A stretch of DNA of 64,000 bases, taken from the NCBI GenBank assembly GCA_965202585.1, contig OZ241828.1, positions 40,982,001-41,046,000 on the forward strand. The letters are read 5' to 3'. The stretch is from Thalia democratica (Eukaryota). The notes under the pieces are model-generated. The model was not told the origin of the DNA. It saw nothing but the letters and a program-made list of their open reading frames with translations, and did no database searches. Position numbers and translations under genes: made by a program. Positions 1 to 12,219 of this stretch are shown piece by piece (position 1 is the first letter of the stretch; each line of letters begins with the position of its first letter).

Positions 1-353
1 ATTCGATTGCTCTCTCTTAACTTTTTTCTGTTTGTTTTCAACTGAAAGCTTTTGCTGACCTGGTTTTGTATTACGTTTCGGTTAGCAGTAAATCTCTTTA
101 ACCCAGCCTTGCATGCAATGTAATCTTTAAAGCTATTTTTGTGGTTTTTTGAACAAGGTGTTTTACGGCCGACTACGAATAGTGGCTTCGAAGAAACTAC
201 ATTTCGAACAACTTTGCTTTTCTGACTTCTTACACATCGGTAGCTTCTCAATCTTTTCAACGCAGCCTTGTAATCTTTGAAATTAGATTTTTTTAAATCA
301 TAATCTTTTTGACCGACTACAAATAGTGGCTTCGAAAAAACTTTTCGAACTTT
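1..353 (-). pseudogene. ORF-X 3' fragment (fifth copy, 5' half removed by a deletion junction into hAT)
   Basis: Minus strand reads open as KVRKVFSKPLFVVGQKDYDLKK...LRESNR; homology stops at ~353, where hAT sequence (AAGTAAAAAATCATAG) begins. Confidence 0.85.
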
Positions 354-1359
354 AAAGTAAAAAATCATAGTTGCTGTGAGACTGGTCAAAGTAGTCAAGT
401 TCTTCTAGTAAGGGCTAATAAACTTAAAGCTAAACTACCTAAAAACGATGTTCCCAAAAACTTTTTGTCGTTCTATTCTACATTTAAATATAAAACAAGT
501 GCAAACACTCACGATAGTGAGCAACAGGATTCAGTTGATCAAGAGATTGAGACAGAAATTAAGTTTTTGTTCCTGAAAAAAAATATTTGCTGGAGAAATT
601 AAAGAAGCTGAAGTCTTGTCTTGGTAAAACTCAAACAAGATAAATACACACATCTTGCCAGGTTTGCAAAAAGGTATCTTTCGGCACTACCATTTTCTGT
701 TTATTCTGAAAGGTTATTTTCAGAAGCTGGTAACTTGTGCGAACAAAAGCGAAATCGATTGCTTCCAAAAACTGGCGAAAAACATTTATATCTTTATAGC
801 AACTTGAACAAACAAGAGTAGGTTTCTTTGTAGCTTAATGGCGTTGATACGAGTAAATGTTATTTACTAGATTACTTAATTTTATATTTGTAAACATAAA
901 CAGTTGCTAAAGAACTTATTGTTCATCTTATAGTTCGAACTCACATAAATAAAAGTATAATGTAAAGCTTAAAATAAATAAAGTTAGTCATTTTTTAAAG
1001 CATTGTTACATTTATTTTCTTTTTCTTTTAAGTCATACAAGGTACAAAATTCAACTTTAGTCGTATAAGTAGCTTGTTATTTAACACTTAAACTGAGATT
1101 TCATATAAGTTAGTTTTTTTTTTACAACTTTCTTTTTCCTAGTGTTACAATACAATATTTAGGCAATAACATTTTGTTTTTTTCAACAACTATTACTAAC
1201 TAATGGTATTATGATAATTAGTTTTTATAAGTGTGTTCTTTATCGAAACTACATAAAACATTTAGGATCCGGAACCGGATCCGGCCGGATATTAAATTAA
1301 AAAATAAATGCGGAACCAGATCCGGACAGATTCTAAATAGTGGATCCGTTAGATCACTC
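354..1359 (+). mobile_element. hAT element, 3' part with right TIR
   Basis: ORF 621-821 is the hAT dimerisation domain; right TIR GGATCCGTTAGATCACTC ends at ~1359. Confidence 0.88.
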
Positions 1360-1796
1360 AGTGTTGTATATGTTAGCGACTCAGTAACTGGTTTTTTCTA
1401 TCGTATGAAACATTAGTTGACCTCCAAATTACTGATAAAGATTTTCCCACTATTGGTTCTCAGCTGCCTCATCAGCATTCTAAAACTATTGCAAATTTGA
1501 ATGAAAAAAAAAATCAAAGTGAGCTGAACTCACATGATGTAATCTGTAATTGCCCAACAAGGAGCAAAGTTCCAGAGGGGGCGTAAACGAAGGTTTACAG
1601 CAGAAATTTTCAGCGGAACATGTGCGACGACGTACTGTCGATAAAGAAACCCATAGGAATTGGCCTAAAATAACCCAAGAGATCATTGCGGGGTGGAAAA
1701 CAATAGAAGGAAGGAACCCGTAGGCTTCCAACGAGGTGGTTACAACCCTTTCAAACTACCCTTTAAAAACTATGAAAACAACATGTGAGGATATAG
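1360..1796 (+). mobile_element. Gypsy remnant continuing after the hAT insertion (second copy at 47816-48250)
   Basis: The frame ...KEISCNSV left of the hAT continues as VYVSDSVTGFF..SYETLVDLQITDKDFPTIGS right of the hAT; AGTGTT is duplicated across the insertion. Confidence 0.65.
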
Positions 1797-2529
1797 TTGT
1801 TGTCTTATCTTTAATCTATTGTCTAAAGTTTGACCTAATACTTCATCTTTGAACTAATGACTTAATTTGATTTGAAGTCTCAACGTAAAATCAAAGACAT
1901 AGTGATTGGGTTAAATAAGATAGCTCATGAAGAATAAATCCTTATTTAATTTTATTTATAATATTTATAAACATTAAACGATCTGTAATATACTATAGGT
2001 AATAGATAATGGAATACTATAAAATGAGCTACATAACCCTACAGTTACAGTCTTTTGATGCTAAACATCTAATCATACACAAAATCTAAAAGTAAAAACA
2101 TAAATTATTAAGACAAAAAATATAGTTATGAAAGTTATGTGTATATTCCTGAAACGTTTTACTTTTAAAGCAACACAACAAAGTTTGATTGAAGATTATA
2201 AAAATTAGGTACAAAAATTTATAAAGAATACTAAGCTTTGGACTTTTTTAAAGTTGAAATTAAACAACACTGTTTAAAATCAGGTGTCAACTTTTGTAAA
2301 GTATTTAAATTGTTTTACAAATAGTATATGTTATATATTTTTTGCAGAGATAAATTAATGTAATGCCGTTTATTTTGATAAAATCAACTTTTGATGTACT
2401 TTTTTTTTATAACCTAATATTTTTCTTGAATACTATATACAAGCTTATACAATATTTAAGTGACACAACATTATGGCTTTATCAAAGAAATTAAAGTTTG
2501 CATTAGTTGTATGATTTTAATTTGTTTTA

Positions 2530-2823
2530 TAGTTGATGCACTTTAGTCAATTGGATTGAGTCTCCAGAGATATCTCAATTTTTAACCAATTTCAGCAGAA
2601 AGACCAACGAGCAGGCAGTTGTAAAGTTTAAAAAATATGTGATTTTATTTTTACTTAAAGTTAAGAAAGTAACATATTTTTTAAACTTTACAAAAGGTGC
2701 ATCCGACATAGCTAAAAGTTAGCTATAAAGCTTTCCGTATAAAGAGTTGTAGCTAATGTTTATTAATAATACTGTTTACAATCTAATTTAAATTTAATTG
2801 ATAAAAATTGGCTGCAACTCTTT
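2530..2823 (+). ncRNA. Candidate structured-RNA block of nested hairpins (copies ~24735-25026, ~41759-42049, ~48980-49267)
   Basis: A 22-bp perfect stem at 2619-2693, a 27-bp stem at 2741-2823, smaller stems, and an enclosing GATGCAC/GTGCATC helix. Conserved in all four units. Transcription not shown. Confidence 0.45.
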
Positions 2824-3837
2824 GGAAACATAGTTTCCTTTTCTTTTTAATAAGAAAAACATTTCATTAAACTAATTATAGCGAACTAAAAAAACTTAAA
2901 AAATGTTAATAATTAAACGTCATTAAGCAAAATATACAGTAATAAATATCTTAAGAAGTTAAATAAATACTTTTTTAAACCATTTTAAAGGTAGATGTCT
3001 CGTTTAGTTTATGATCAATAAAAAGTGGTATTTGAATTATTATTTTAGTTTCAAAACATAAGTTAACACAGCGAAAAATTAAAAAAAAAACTCTAGACAA
3101 AGATAACGAACTTTAAATTCATTCTCAAAAACAGCATTTCAATTTAATTTCAAAAATAAAAATTTGTTGCTTTAAAAAAAAAGATTTAAAGAATAATGTT
3201 ACAAAAAATAAGTATATATTTAGTTATATTAAAATAACAGGTTATTTAAAAAATGAAAATATCTTTTAAAAAAGAAAAAAGAAGAATAGGTAGTAAACTC
3301 GGAAAAAAGTATTTTATATGATCAACCAAAATTAAGTTGGTTCTGAAAGTTAAAAATATTAGCATAAGTCTAACAAATTCACTAAAACAATAATTAAAAT
3401 GAATAATTTTATGAATAGAATTAACTAATATTAATTTAAAACTAATAATTTAAACAAATTATATATACATGACTGAAACATTATACATTAGAGGTATTAG
3501 ATATATGCAGGATACGAAAGATATGTTCTAAATTATCAAAAGAAAACAAATTAAAAGCGAATCCTTGACTTTTAAATTATGTTTAGTTTATATTTAGAAA
3601 AACAGCTAGCTAGAAGTATTTTGTTTTTAAAAATTGCACCTTAAACAAAACTATTTTGGTACAGTCACATGTAAAAACTTTGTATTATTGACTAAAATGT
3701 AACATAGTGTAAAAAACATACTAAAATATTTATTTAAAAGTTTTAATAAGTATAGTGCTAAAATTTTGAACTACTAAAGAGAGTTAAATAAAAATAACAG
3801 TGATGTAAACTAACTTGGAGCTTTTTACGATAAACAC

Positions 3838-4695
3838 TTATAATCGTTTTTTAACTCTTTTAATTTGTGTGTTCTCGCATATTCGATTGCTATCTCTTAA
3901 ATTTTTTCTGTTTGTTTTCAACTGAAAGCTTTTGCTGACCTGGGTTTGTTTTACGTTTCGGTTGGTAGTAAACCTCTTTAACCCAGCCTTGCATGCAATG
4001 TAATCTTTAAAGCTGTTTTTGTGGTTTTTTTAACTAGGTGTTTTACGGCCGACTACGAATAGTGGCTTTGAAGAGACTTTCTTTCGAACAACTGTGCTTG
4101 TCTGATTTCTTACACGTCGGTAGCTTCTCAATCTTTTCAACGCAGCCTTGTAATCTTTAAAAACAGATTTTTTTAAATCATAATCTTTTTGACCGACTAC
4201 AAATAGTGGCTTCGAAAAAACTTTTCGAACTTCGCGTTTGTTTTCACCACAACTGTAATGAGGTCCGCACACTTCAGCCATTTCTTTAACCTTTAGCATT
4301 CTAACTTGTTTTTCTTTTATACCAATCCAAGGATCAGAAACGTCAACCAGTGTGACCGAAACGTCATCATCAGCATTTTGGCCTTGAACATAACTTTTGT
4401 TTTCTGCAGCATTTTCTTTGATTGTGGTTGTTTGAACACTGGACGGGAAAGATACTTTCCACTCATGTCGTCTTTTTAACTCATTTGGCAGGTCTTCCTC
4501 GTTTGCATGATCGAGTGTAGGAGTATCGAAATTGAATCTTGTAAATTTCAAAACTAGCCTTTTACGTTTAGCTTGATCTTCATCTGTAGTAATTCTTTTG
4601 CTGCCTCTTTCACATATTCTAAGTGTTGCTTGTGTCTCATCTGTACGTTTTAGCATTTCACCCGAAAAAATCATAGAATTTTGAACAGAAAACAT
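3838..4695 (-). pseudogene. ORF-X copy 1, orphan K/R-rich protein with premature stop
   Basis: Homologous to the open copies. TCA (Ser) is TAA at 4030-4032 and the downstream part stays in frame to the shared stop at 3838-3840. First ATG at 4695. Confidence 0.8.
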
Positions 4696-4798
4696 GGTAT
4701 CACTGTAATAGGTTGCAAGATTATACAAGTATGAAATACAATGTACTTTTGATTTTGTACTTTTTACTAAAAATGAATTTTTAACATAACTTCTTGAC

Positions 4799-4806
4799 TG
4801 ACGTCA
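4799..4806. promoter_or_regulatory. Perfect CRE palindrome TGACGTCA ~104 bp upstream of the ORF-X ATG (also 27010-27017, 43999-44006, 51268-51275)
   Basis: Exact 8-mer in all four copies, while adjacent bases vary. Confidence 0.45.
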
Positions 4807-6339
4807 CAAACAAACTTACTAGATAGCTCCAAATGCATAGTTACAATATTGCTAAAATTAATACTTTTGTATGATAAACTTATGCAATTTTGCAAGTCAT
4901 CGCGTTAAAACGTTTATTCCAAAATAAGGGAGTATTTCAGATATTTTTCTTGACTTAACAACTTCAACGTTTGATTGTTTCTTTATTCTATGTTCTTAAA
5001 GCATATTTTATACAGCATTGTATAGCTGAATTATTCAGCTTGAAAACCTTATGACTTTTTTGAGTCAAAGTTGATTGGGTTGGTGCTAGAACTAATAAAA
5101 AAAAGTAGGATATTTTGGATCTTTCTTAGTTAATTTCACATATCTCAAAGTTTACATACTAAATTTGATAAACATTTTATAAATATAGTCGAGGTTACAA
5201 ACTCTACTGTATAACGTTCCAATAAATTAAAGAAACTTATGTTTTTCGGAATGCTGTTAATTTTAACCTTTTCAATTTTTGTCTTGGATTAAGGTCTTTT
5301 TGCTGGTTTATAAAGTATAAAATTAATTAAGAAACACTAAACAAATAATACTTGTTCGTTAGACAAATACAACTAAAAAAATGTTGTTGAAAATAAATTG
5401 AATCTTTTTTTTGTATATCCTACCAAAAAAAAAAAAAATATCTATAACTTTTTTCAGTTTCTGTTTCATGTCTTCTCAAAAAAAGAATAGTTTTATTATC
5501 TAAAAAAAATTTAAATGGCTAATAAAATGCTCTTATTTGCTTAGTTTTTTTAAAATATTTTTAAAGTAGAGTATTTTTTGAACATGCTAAAAGACCCTAA
5601 TTAAAGACAAAAACTAAAAATATAAATTTGAGATATGATTCATAAACATTTTTTATTTAGCAAACAAATAAAATCGACTTCAACTAACAGTTATCAATTA
5701 CTTTTGTTAGCAACTAATTTTAAAATTAAGTTCTGAGTATGTAAACAGTTAGAGGTTTCATCAGAAAATATTCAATTAATACCAATTAACATAATTAAGA
5801 AAAATTAATTAGAGATAGATTAATAGTTTATAATTACATAATTATAAATAAATTACTTAGTAATTTAACTAAGATAAGCAAATGTATAAATATTAAAGTA
5901 AAACAAACAATAAACATAATAAAATAAGCGACAAACAACAATCATAACTATTTATAAAGATTAGATTTATAAACGTACTTTTGCTTGCACAAATAGGTTT
6001 AAATGTTTTTATAATAATAATGTTAGAAAATAAAGATAATAAAAATTTATATGTTTTTTTTTTGAGATACGTAGACAAACTAAAAAGAGCCAAAACGTCC
6101 CACTTTTACTATGTGATGTAACAATGACCCAATGAATTGTTGTATATTAATATTTTTAAAAGGTTTTTAATTAAAATGAAATATATTTACACAATTGCAA
6201 CAAAATCAAAAAGCACAGTTTTATATAAAAAGTGTAACACAAATAACAATAATGTGAAAGATATTCTGTTTACAGGAATACTCCTAGCTTAATATTTTAG
6301 GCTTTTTCTAGTAAATATCTTGTATTTTGTCGGCTTGAG

Positions 6340-6700
6340 CTCATCAATACAATTCTTTTGTTGGTGCAATCTATATTCTGATCTAAGTATTGTTAAAGAT
6401 CCCATTAATCAGTTTGCAGGTTTCTCTTCCAGATCTGGGTCTTTTCTAGTTGTCTTTATATTCAACTAAACTTCATTAATAAATTTTTTTAAACTTTTTT
6501 GTCCACCTATAATTGTTTTTACAGCTTTTTTACTCATACATTGAAGCTTAGTTAAAAAACATGCTTATCAAAGGCGTTTAAATAGAAAATTATTCGTTGT
6601 AGCATTTTGTATTTGTATTAATTTCATCTGGCTTACTACTTTCGTTTTACTCTCTATGATTTCTGTTTAGTAAAGAAATAATGTACTAAAGTTTTGGTGG
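6340..6700 (-). repeat. Dispersed repeat R, two diverged versions per unit (R1 ~6340 and ~52800; R2 ~19850, ~36800 and ~63560; hybrid ~45535); possibly a decayed Tc1/mariner HTH fragment
   Basis: Shared sequence such as CCCATTAATCAGTTTGCA and GTTGTCTTTATATTCAACTAAACTTCATTAAT. A broken minus-strand reading YRWTKKF...KRPRSGR resembles Tc1/mariner N-termini (weak). Confidence 0.55.
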
Positions 6701-7271
6701 TCCAAATTAGGAATTATAAATATTTAAACTGTGCTTACAATAATAATATATGATTATTAAATTCCTAAACTTAAATCTTTGTTTAGTATTTAAATCAACT
6801 ATTATTTTCTAAACCTAGATTTTAATCTTTTTTAATTTAAAACTGTGTAAGATTTTTTTGTAACCTTCTTTTTTATACATATAATTGTTCATAAGCTCAG
6901 CTATTAAAGTAGTTGTTTTTCTTAGAAAAAATTTTAATATTAATGTTGCTTTTTATTGCAAAATTTTTTTTTATTACATTTTTAATAATAACAATTTTTT
7001 ACTTATAAGCGACTAATAAAACTAGTGTGTTTTTAAAAACTATTATAATGAGATATACATTGCAAATTTATAGTTTATTAGACGCCATTTCGACTTTTCA
7101 TCAGTCATTATAAATTACAAAACTGTACAAAATAACTAAAAATTAGTGTTAAACAACTAAATACATAAGAAAAATTTATTACTTAGATATATATGTAAAC
7201 AGTTAAAGATTAAAATTATAAACTACAGTAAAACTAGAGGTTACATAAATATTTATACATGGTAAAAAAGT

Positions 7272-9386
7272 GGGTGGGTGTCACTTTTGCACGAGCGTCA
7301 CTTTTGCACGAGGGGACACTTTTGCACGAGGGTCACTTTTGCACGAAGGGTCACTTTTGCACGAGGGGACACTTTTGCACGGCGACTCTTTTGCACGAGC
7401 GTCACTTTAGCACGAGGGGACACTTTTGCACGGCGTCACTTTTGCACGCAGGGTCACTTTTGCACGAGGGGACATTTTTGCACGGCGACTCTTTTGCACG
7501 AGCGTCACTTTTGCACGAGGGGACACTTTTGCACGGCGTCACTTTTGCACGGAGGGTCACTTTTGCACGAGGGGACACTTTTGCACGGCGACATTTTTTC
7601 ACGATGACAATTTTTTACGGCAGCATTGTTGCACAACGTCACATTTTTACAATGAAATTTTCGCACAGCGACATTTTGGCATGATGACTTTTTCGCACGA
7701 AAAATAAATTTTGCATGCAGGCCGATTAAAAGTTTTTTAGCTACTACCAAGTCTGTAACATAAAAAGAAACTGAATCTAAAATTTTATAATATACCTATA
7801 TTAAAGCCAAAAAATGAAATATCTGAAATCTTAAAAAGTATAAGTTAATGTTAAAAACAAACTAACGAAATAATAAAATAAAATTATCTATAAAAGATTC
7901 ATACCAGGGACAATAAAGTTAAATCATTTAGAAACTAGGATAAAAAATACTTTAAGTGTAAGTAAGTTGTTCTAGCTTATTTTGAATTTTAATATATTAA
8001 TCAACAACTATGCCTTTTTATATATTTTACTATACGGTTACAAGTTTATTGTTCATATGATGAACCTAGGCATCAAAACCTAGACCGCTTAAACTGGAAG
8101 ACACATTAAGAAAAAATAAAATAACACATATAGTATATTTTTTATAACAAAATAAAAAAATTTATTATATAAAATTTAAAGGTTAACATAAAAAGCAAAA
8201 TTTTAACCACAAACTTATATTTATTTACGCTTTGATGTAGAAGGATCATCATCAAGTATTTAAATGCATTGACTAACAACAAAAATAAAAACCTAACGCT
8301 CCAAAGACATTAACGTTAGGCTCTAATTGGCTTATTTCATGATCATGGAATGCTGGTGTAAGCATCTCTTGATATTTTTGATGAACATAAGTTCAAACTT
8401 CCAAGTGTTACTCTCTCATTGGCTTATCATGATTATGCAACATTATTGTAATGAAATAATCTAGTTTAAATCATGAAAAATGCGCTATTTTATTGATTTT
8501 TTTGATCTCACGCTAAATTAAAACACAAAAATAAACATCAGGTAAAATATGAAATACCTTTACACTTTATAAACTAACAAATCTTTTTTTTAATCTAACA
8601 ATTGTTTGATATAAAATTACATAATTTAAAATAAAAATTTAAAATATTTTTTTACAGCTATATAATGCTAATTATAACATCAAGAGAAAATAAGTAAAAA
8701 TAATACTCAAAATTCGTGTTTCAAGCCTTACTAAATTAAGTTTATCTTTCTGTTTAAAAAGTAACAAAATTCAGATTGTTTTCAATTAATGTATTCAAAA
8801 TTGATTTTGTTTAAAATTAAAAATGTGTATTCAACTAGTTTATTTAAATTAAGCTAATAAATATAAATTAATGAATTGTGGTACGTTATTATATTTTTCT
8901 ACGTAAAACTTCAAAAACAACTTTAAATTAAAATTTCATTAAAAAACTACCACATTTTAGTTATTTACAACAACTTGCGTTTAAAAGCGAGTATTATTTA
9001 CATTAAAAAAAAAAAAAATTAAAAAAAAATGTCGCTGTGCAAAAGTGTCACCTCGTGCAAAAGTGACCCTCCGTGCAAAAGAGTCGCCGTGCAAAAGTGT
9101 CCCCTCGTGCAAAAGTGACCCTCCGTGCAAAAGTGTACCCTCGTGCAAAAATGACGCTCGTGCAAAAGAGTCGCCGTGCAAAAGTGTCCCCTCGTGCAAA
9201 AGTGACCCTGCGTGCAAAGGTGACGCCGTGCAAAAGTGTCCCCTCGTGCTAAAGTGACGCTAGTGCAAAAGAGTCGCCGTGCAAAAGTGTCCCTTCGTGC
9301 AAAAGTGACCCTTCGTGCAAAAGTGTCCCCTCGTGCAAAAGTGTCTTCGTGCAAAAGTGACGCTCGTGCAAAAGTGACCCGTTCCC
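7272..9386. mobile_element. Foldback/Mutator-like non-autonomous element with long modular TIRs and a 9-bp TSD
   Basis: About 18 conserved plus ~7 degenerate 15-19-bp units (CACTTTTGCACG core) at 7281-7710, and ~20 inverted units at 9030-9380. TSD TAAAAAAGT at 7263-7271 and 9387-9395; single-copy empty site at 53725-53733. Confidence 0.92.
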
Positions 9387-9395
9387 TAAAAAAGT

Positions 9396-11390
9396 ATATA
9401 TACAACTAATCAAAAATTCTTAATGTGTGGGTAATACCTGTTTAATTAATTGTTTGTTTAAAATTGGATTATAACGTTTAATTATAATTGCTTTGCTGAT
9501 CAAAGTCTCAAGTTCATTTCTACATTCTTTTAAAATACCAAGACTGTTAAATGTTTTTCTTTCATTTTTACAACTATTACAATTACTAATGTGGTCAGAT
9601 ACAGCTGTTTTACTTTTTAAATGTTTTTTGACTCTTTCTATTAGTGGTCTCGAAGTAAATCCAATATATTGGATGCTCTTATCCTTATAGCACTTTTATT
9701 CGTATACCACGTTAGATTTCAATTCGTGAGATGTCTTGTCTTTGTTGCTGAAGTAGTTACCTATTTTGCTTGTGGTAAAAATAACTTTGAAGTCTGCAAT
9801 GTACTAGTTTAACAGTTTTTCTTGTTTCTTTTTATACTCGCTACTTGGTTTTTCTATGTAAGGTACTTTTAGGATGTTTTTGAAGTTTGAAGTATTTTGT
9901 TTTTCATTAGTGCTCTCTTTATTGTTGTTGATATATCTTTAAATTACGTTTTCAACGAATTTCTTTTGGTAACTATTTGTATGAACTTTTTTTTTAAGTT
10001 TGTTATTTCTTGTTTGTAAACTATATCAGTAGAAGCTATAGTTTTTGCTCGAAACAAAAACCATAGTATTCAAGCCCTTTTTCATTTAATTGGTGTCATT
10101 GCACTAAAATTTAAAATAACATCTGTATCAATTTCTTTTTTGCATACCTTTGTTATTACTTTTTCTGTCGTTATTTTGATTTCAATATCCAAAAATGGGA
10201 GTTCTTTTCCACTTTAAGTAAATTTTATTGATTTATGTAGGTTGTTTAATTTTTTGTTGAAGTTTTTAAATAAAACATCTTTTCGAAAGATACAGAATAT
10301 GTCATCCACATATCAGAGGTATAGCACTGGATTGTTTTCATCTTCAGTGTTAAATAGTTGTTTTTCTAATGTTACCATAAAATAATTTGCCATAGTAGGA
10401 GCTAACGGGGTTCCCATACTTACACCATCTATTTGTGTGAATAATTTCTTAATATACTGAAATAAGCCTCCAGTAAATATTGATCGTGTTTGATTTTGGT
10501 ATGGTATTATCAGGTACTTCATCGGTACTCATCTGTAATTGGTACATTAGTGAATAATGAAGCTACCTCAAAGCTAATACAGTAGTGTCCATCTTTACGT
10601 TCGTATTTGGAGATTTGTTTTTAATTACTTATTATTTTCTACACAATATTGTTTTGGAATATGTGGTTTGATTATTTTATTCAAATTTTTTGCAAAGTTG
10701 TATGACGTTGGATTTAACATTGATACAGTAGGTCTCAATGGGTGTTGTTCTTTATGTACTTTACACGTTCCATACAATTTACCAGTCGAGTTACCACCCG
10801 TAATTAGACTGTTATATGTCTTTTTGTCTATATGAGGCTTGAGGTTTTGTTTTATTATTTCTCTTATGTGTTGGATTCTTCTTCTTAGGGGGTGTCTGGA
10901 GTTTTTTCTATTGTCTTTTTCTACTAATTGAAACTTAGTCTTATCTTCAACAATAGTATAAAGTTTATTTAGATAATCATCTTTTGAGATCAAGCAAATA
11001 CCATTTCCTTTGTCATATTTATTAATTTTTATATTTGTCTTATTTTTCAGATTAAAAAGAGTTTTGTGGAATTCTTGTTTTTTTTCCTATTTTGACATAT
11101 TTGCTTGCTTTTATTGAGAAACGTTCTTCTTCATTCATTGTTTTCATACTTTAGGTTGTTGGAAGGTTATCTTTTCATTAAAGCATTTTTTAACTAACTG
11201 TTCAATTTCTATTTTTATTTTATCAGCATCAATCTTTTTTGTTAGAAATTGATGTTATAATCCCCTGTAAAGACAAGTATTCCTCAATCGTTGAATTATA
11301 CCTAGTTAAATTTAGTAAGCAGTTTTGGCTTCTCGGTCTTTGTCTAAACCACATCTTTTTTTCAATAAATGTGTTTTTAAACAACTTTTA
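9396..11390 (-). mobile_element. Penelope-like retroelement (RT plus GIY-YIG endonuclease), decayed; 3' tail continues left of the Foldback insertion to ~7000
   Basis: KLYGTCKVHK..PLRP.VS, FTNVP, QIDGVSMGTPLAP..ANYFM..LE, YL*YVDDIF; GIY-YIG-type VVYE*KC..YIGFTSRPLIERVKKH at ~9620-9715. Confidence 0.9.
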
Positions 11391-11497
11391 TATTATTGTT
11401 TATTTTTGTTGTTATTATATATACTTATTTAATTAAACAATTTTTTTTGTGTAAAATCAATTAAAGTGTGTAAATCTTTTAATCTAGAATATTCTAG

Positions 11498-11833
<336 letters not shown>

Positions 11834-12087
11834 TAGCCACTAAAAACATATTAAGCATTTGCTAGTTTTTTTAGCACTTTAATTTTAGAATTATTATAAA
11901 GCTTTAAGATCATTTAATAATAAACTAATTTGTATGAATTTTGAACTAACATTGAAAAAAAAAGTTTAGTTGATTAATGCAAATGCATATGCTTTTAAAA
12001 CAAAAAAAAATTCTTTTATTCTAAAGTATTATTATGTACTGTAAATTACCAATACTTAAAAAAATTATGTAGATATTTTTTAATTAG

Positions 12088-12219
<132 letters not shown>

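Noticed and set aside
5820-5870. Short AT-only palindromes (TTATAATTA-CA-TAATTATAA, AAATTACT-T-AGTAATTT)
   Set aside because: 8-9-bp stems are expected by chance at this AT content, and I saw no covariation.
5893-6093. Hydrophobic ~65-aa ORFs (also 11239, 30065, 44593, 45079, 52344, 55574) as small membrane proteins
   Set aside because: Alternative starts, F/L/I/N bias typical of T-rich DNA, homopolymer-dependent frames, and some are antisense to the PLE.
7281-7590. Regular repeat array as a possible CRISPR or metal/hypoxia response cluster
   Set aside because: No unique spacers or cas genes and a eukaryotic context. TGCACGA does not fit TGCRCNC or RCGTG in most units. The TIR and TSD structure explains it.
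7259-7750. Overlapping ORFs of HEGTLLH, RGHFCT and CKSVPS repeats (also 8981-9405)
   Set aside because: They are translations of the stop-free Foldback TIR modules in several frames on both strands; no coding signal.
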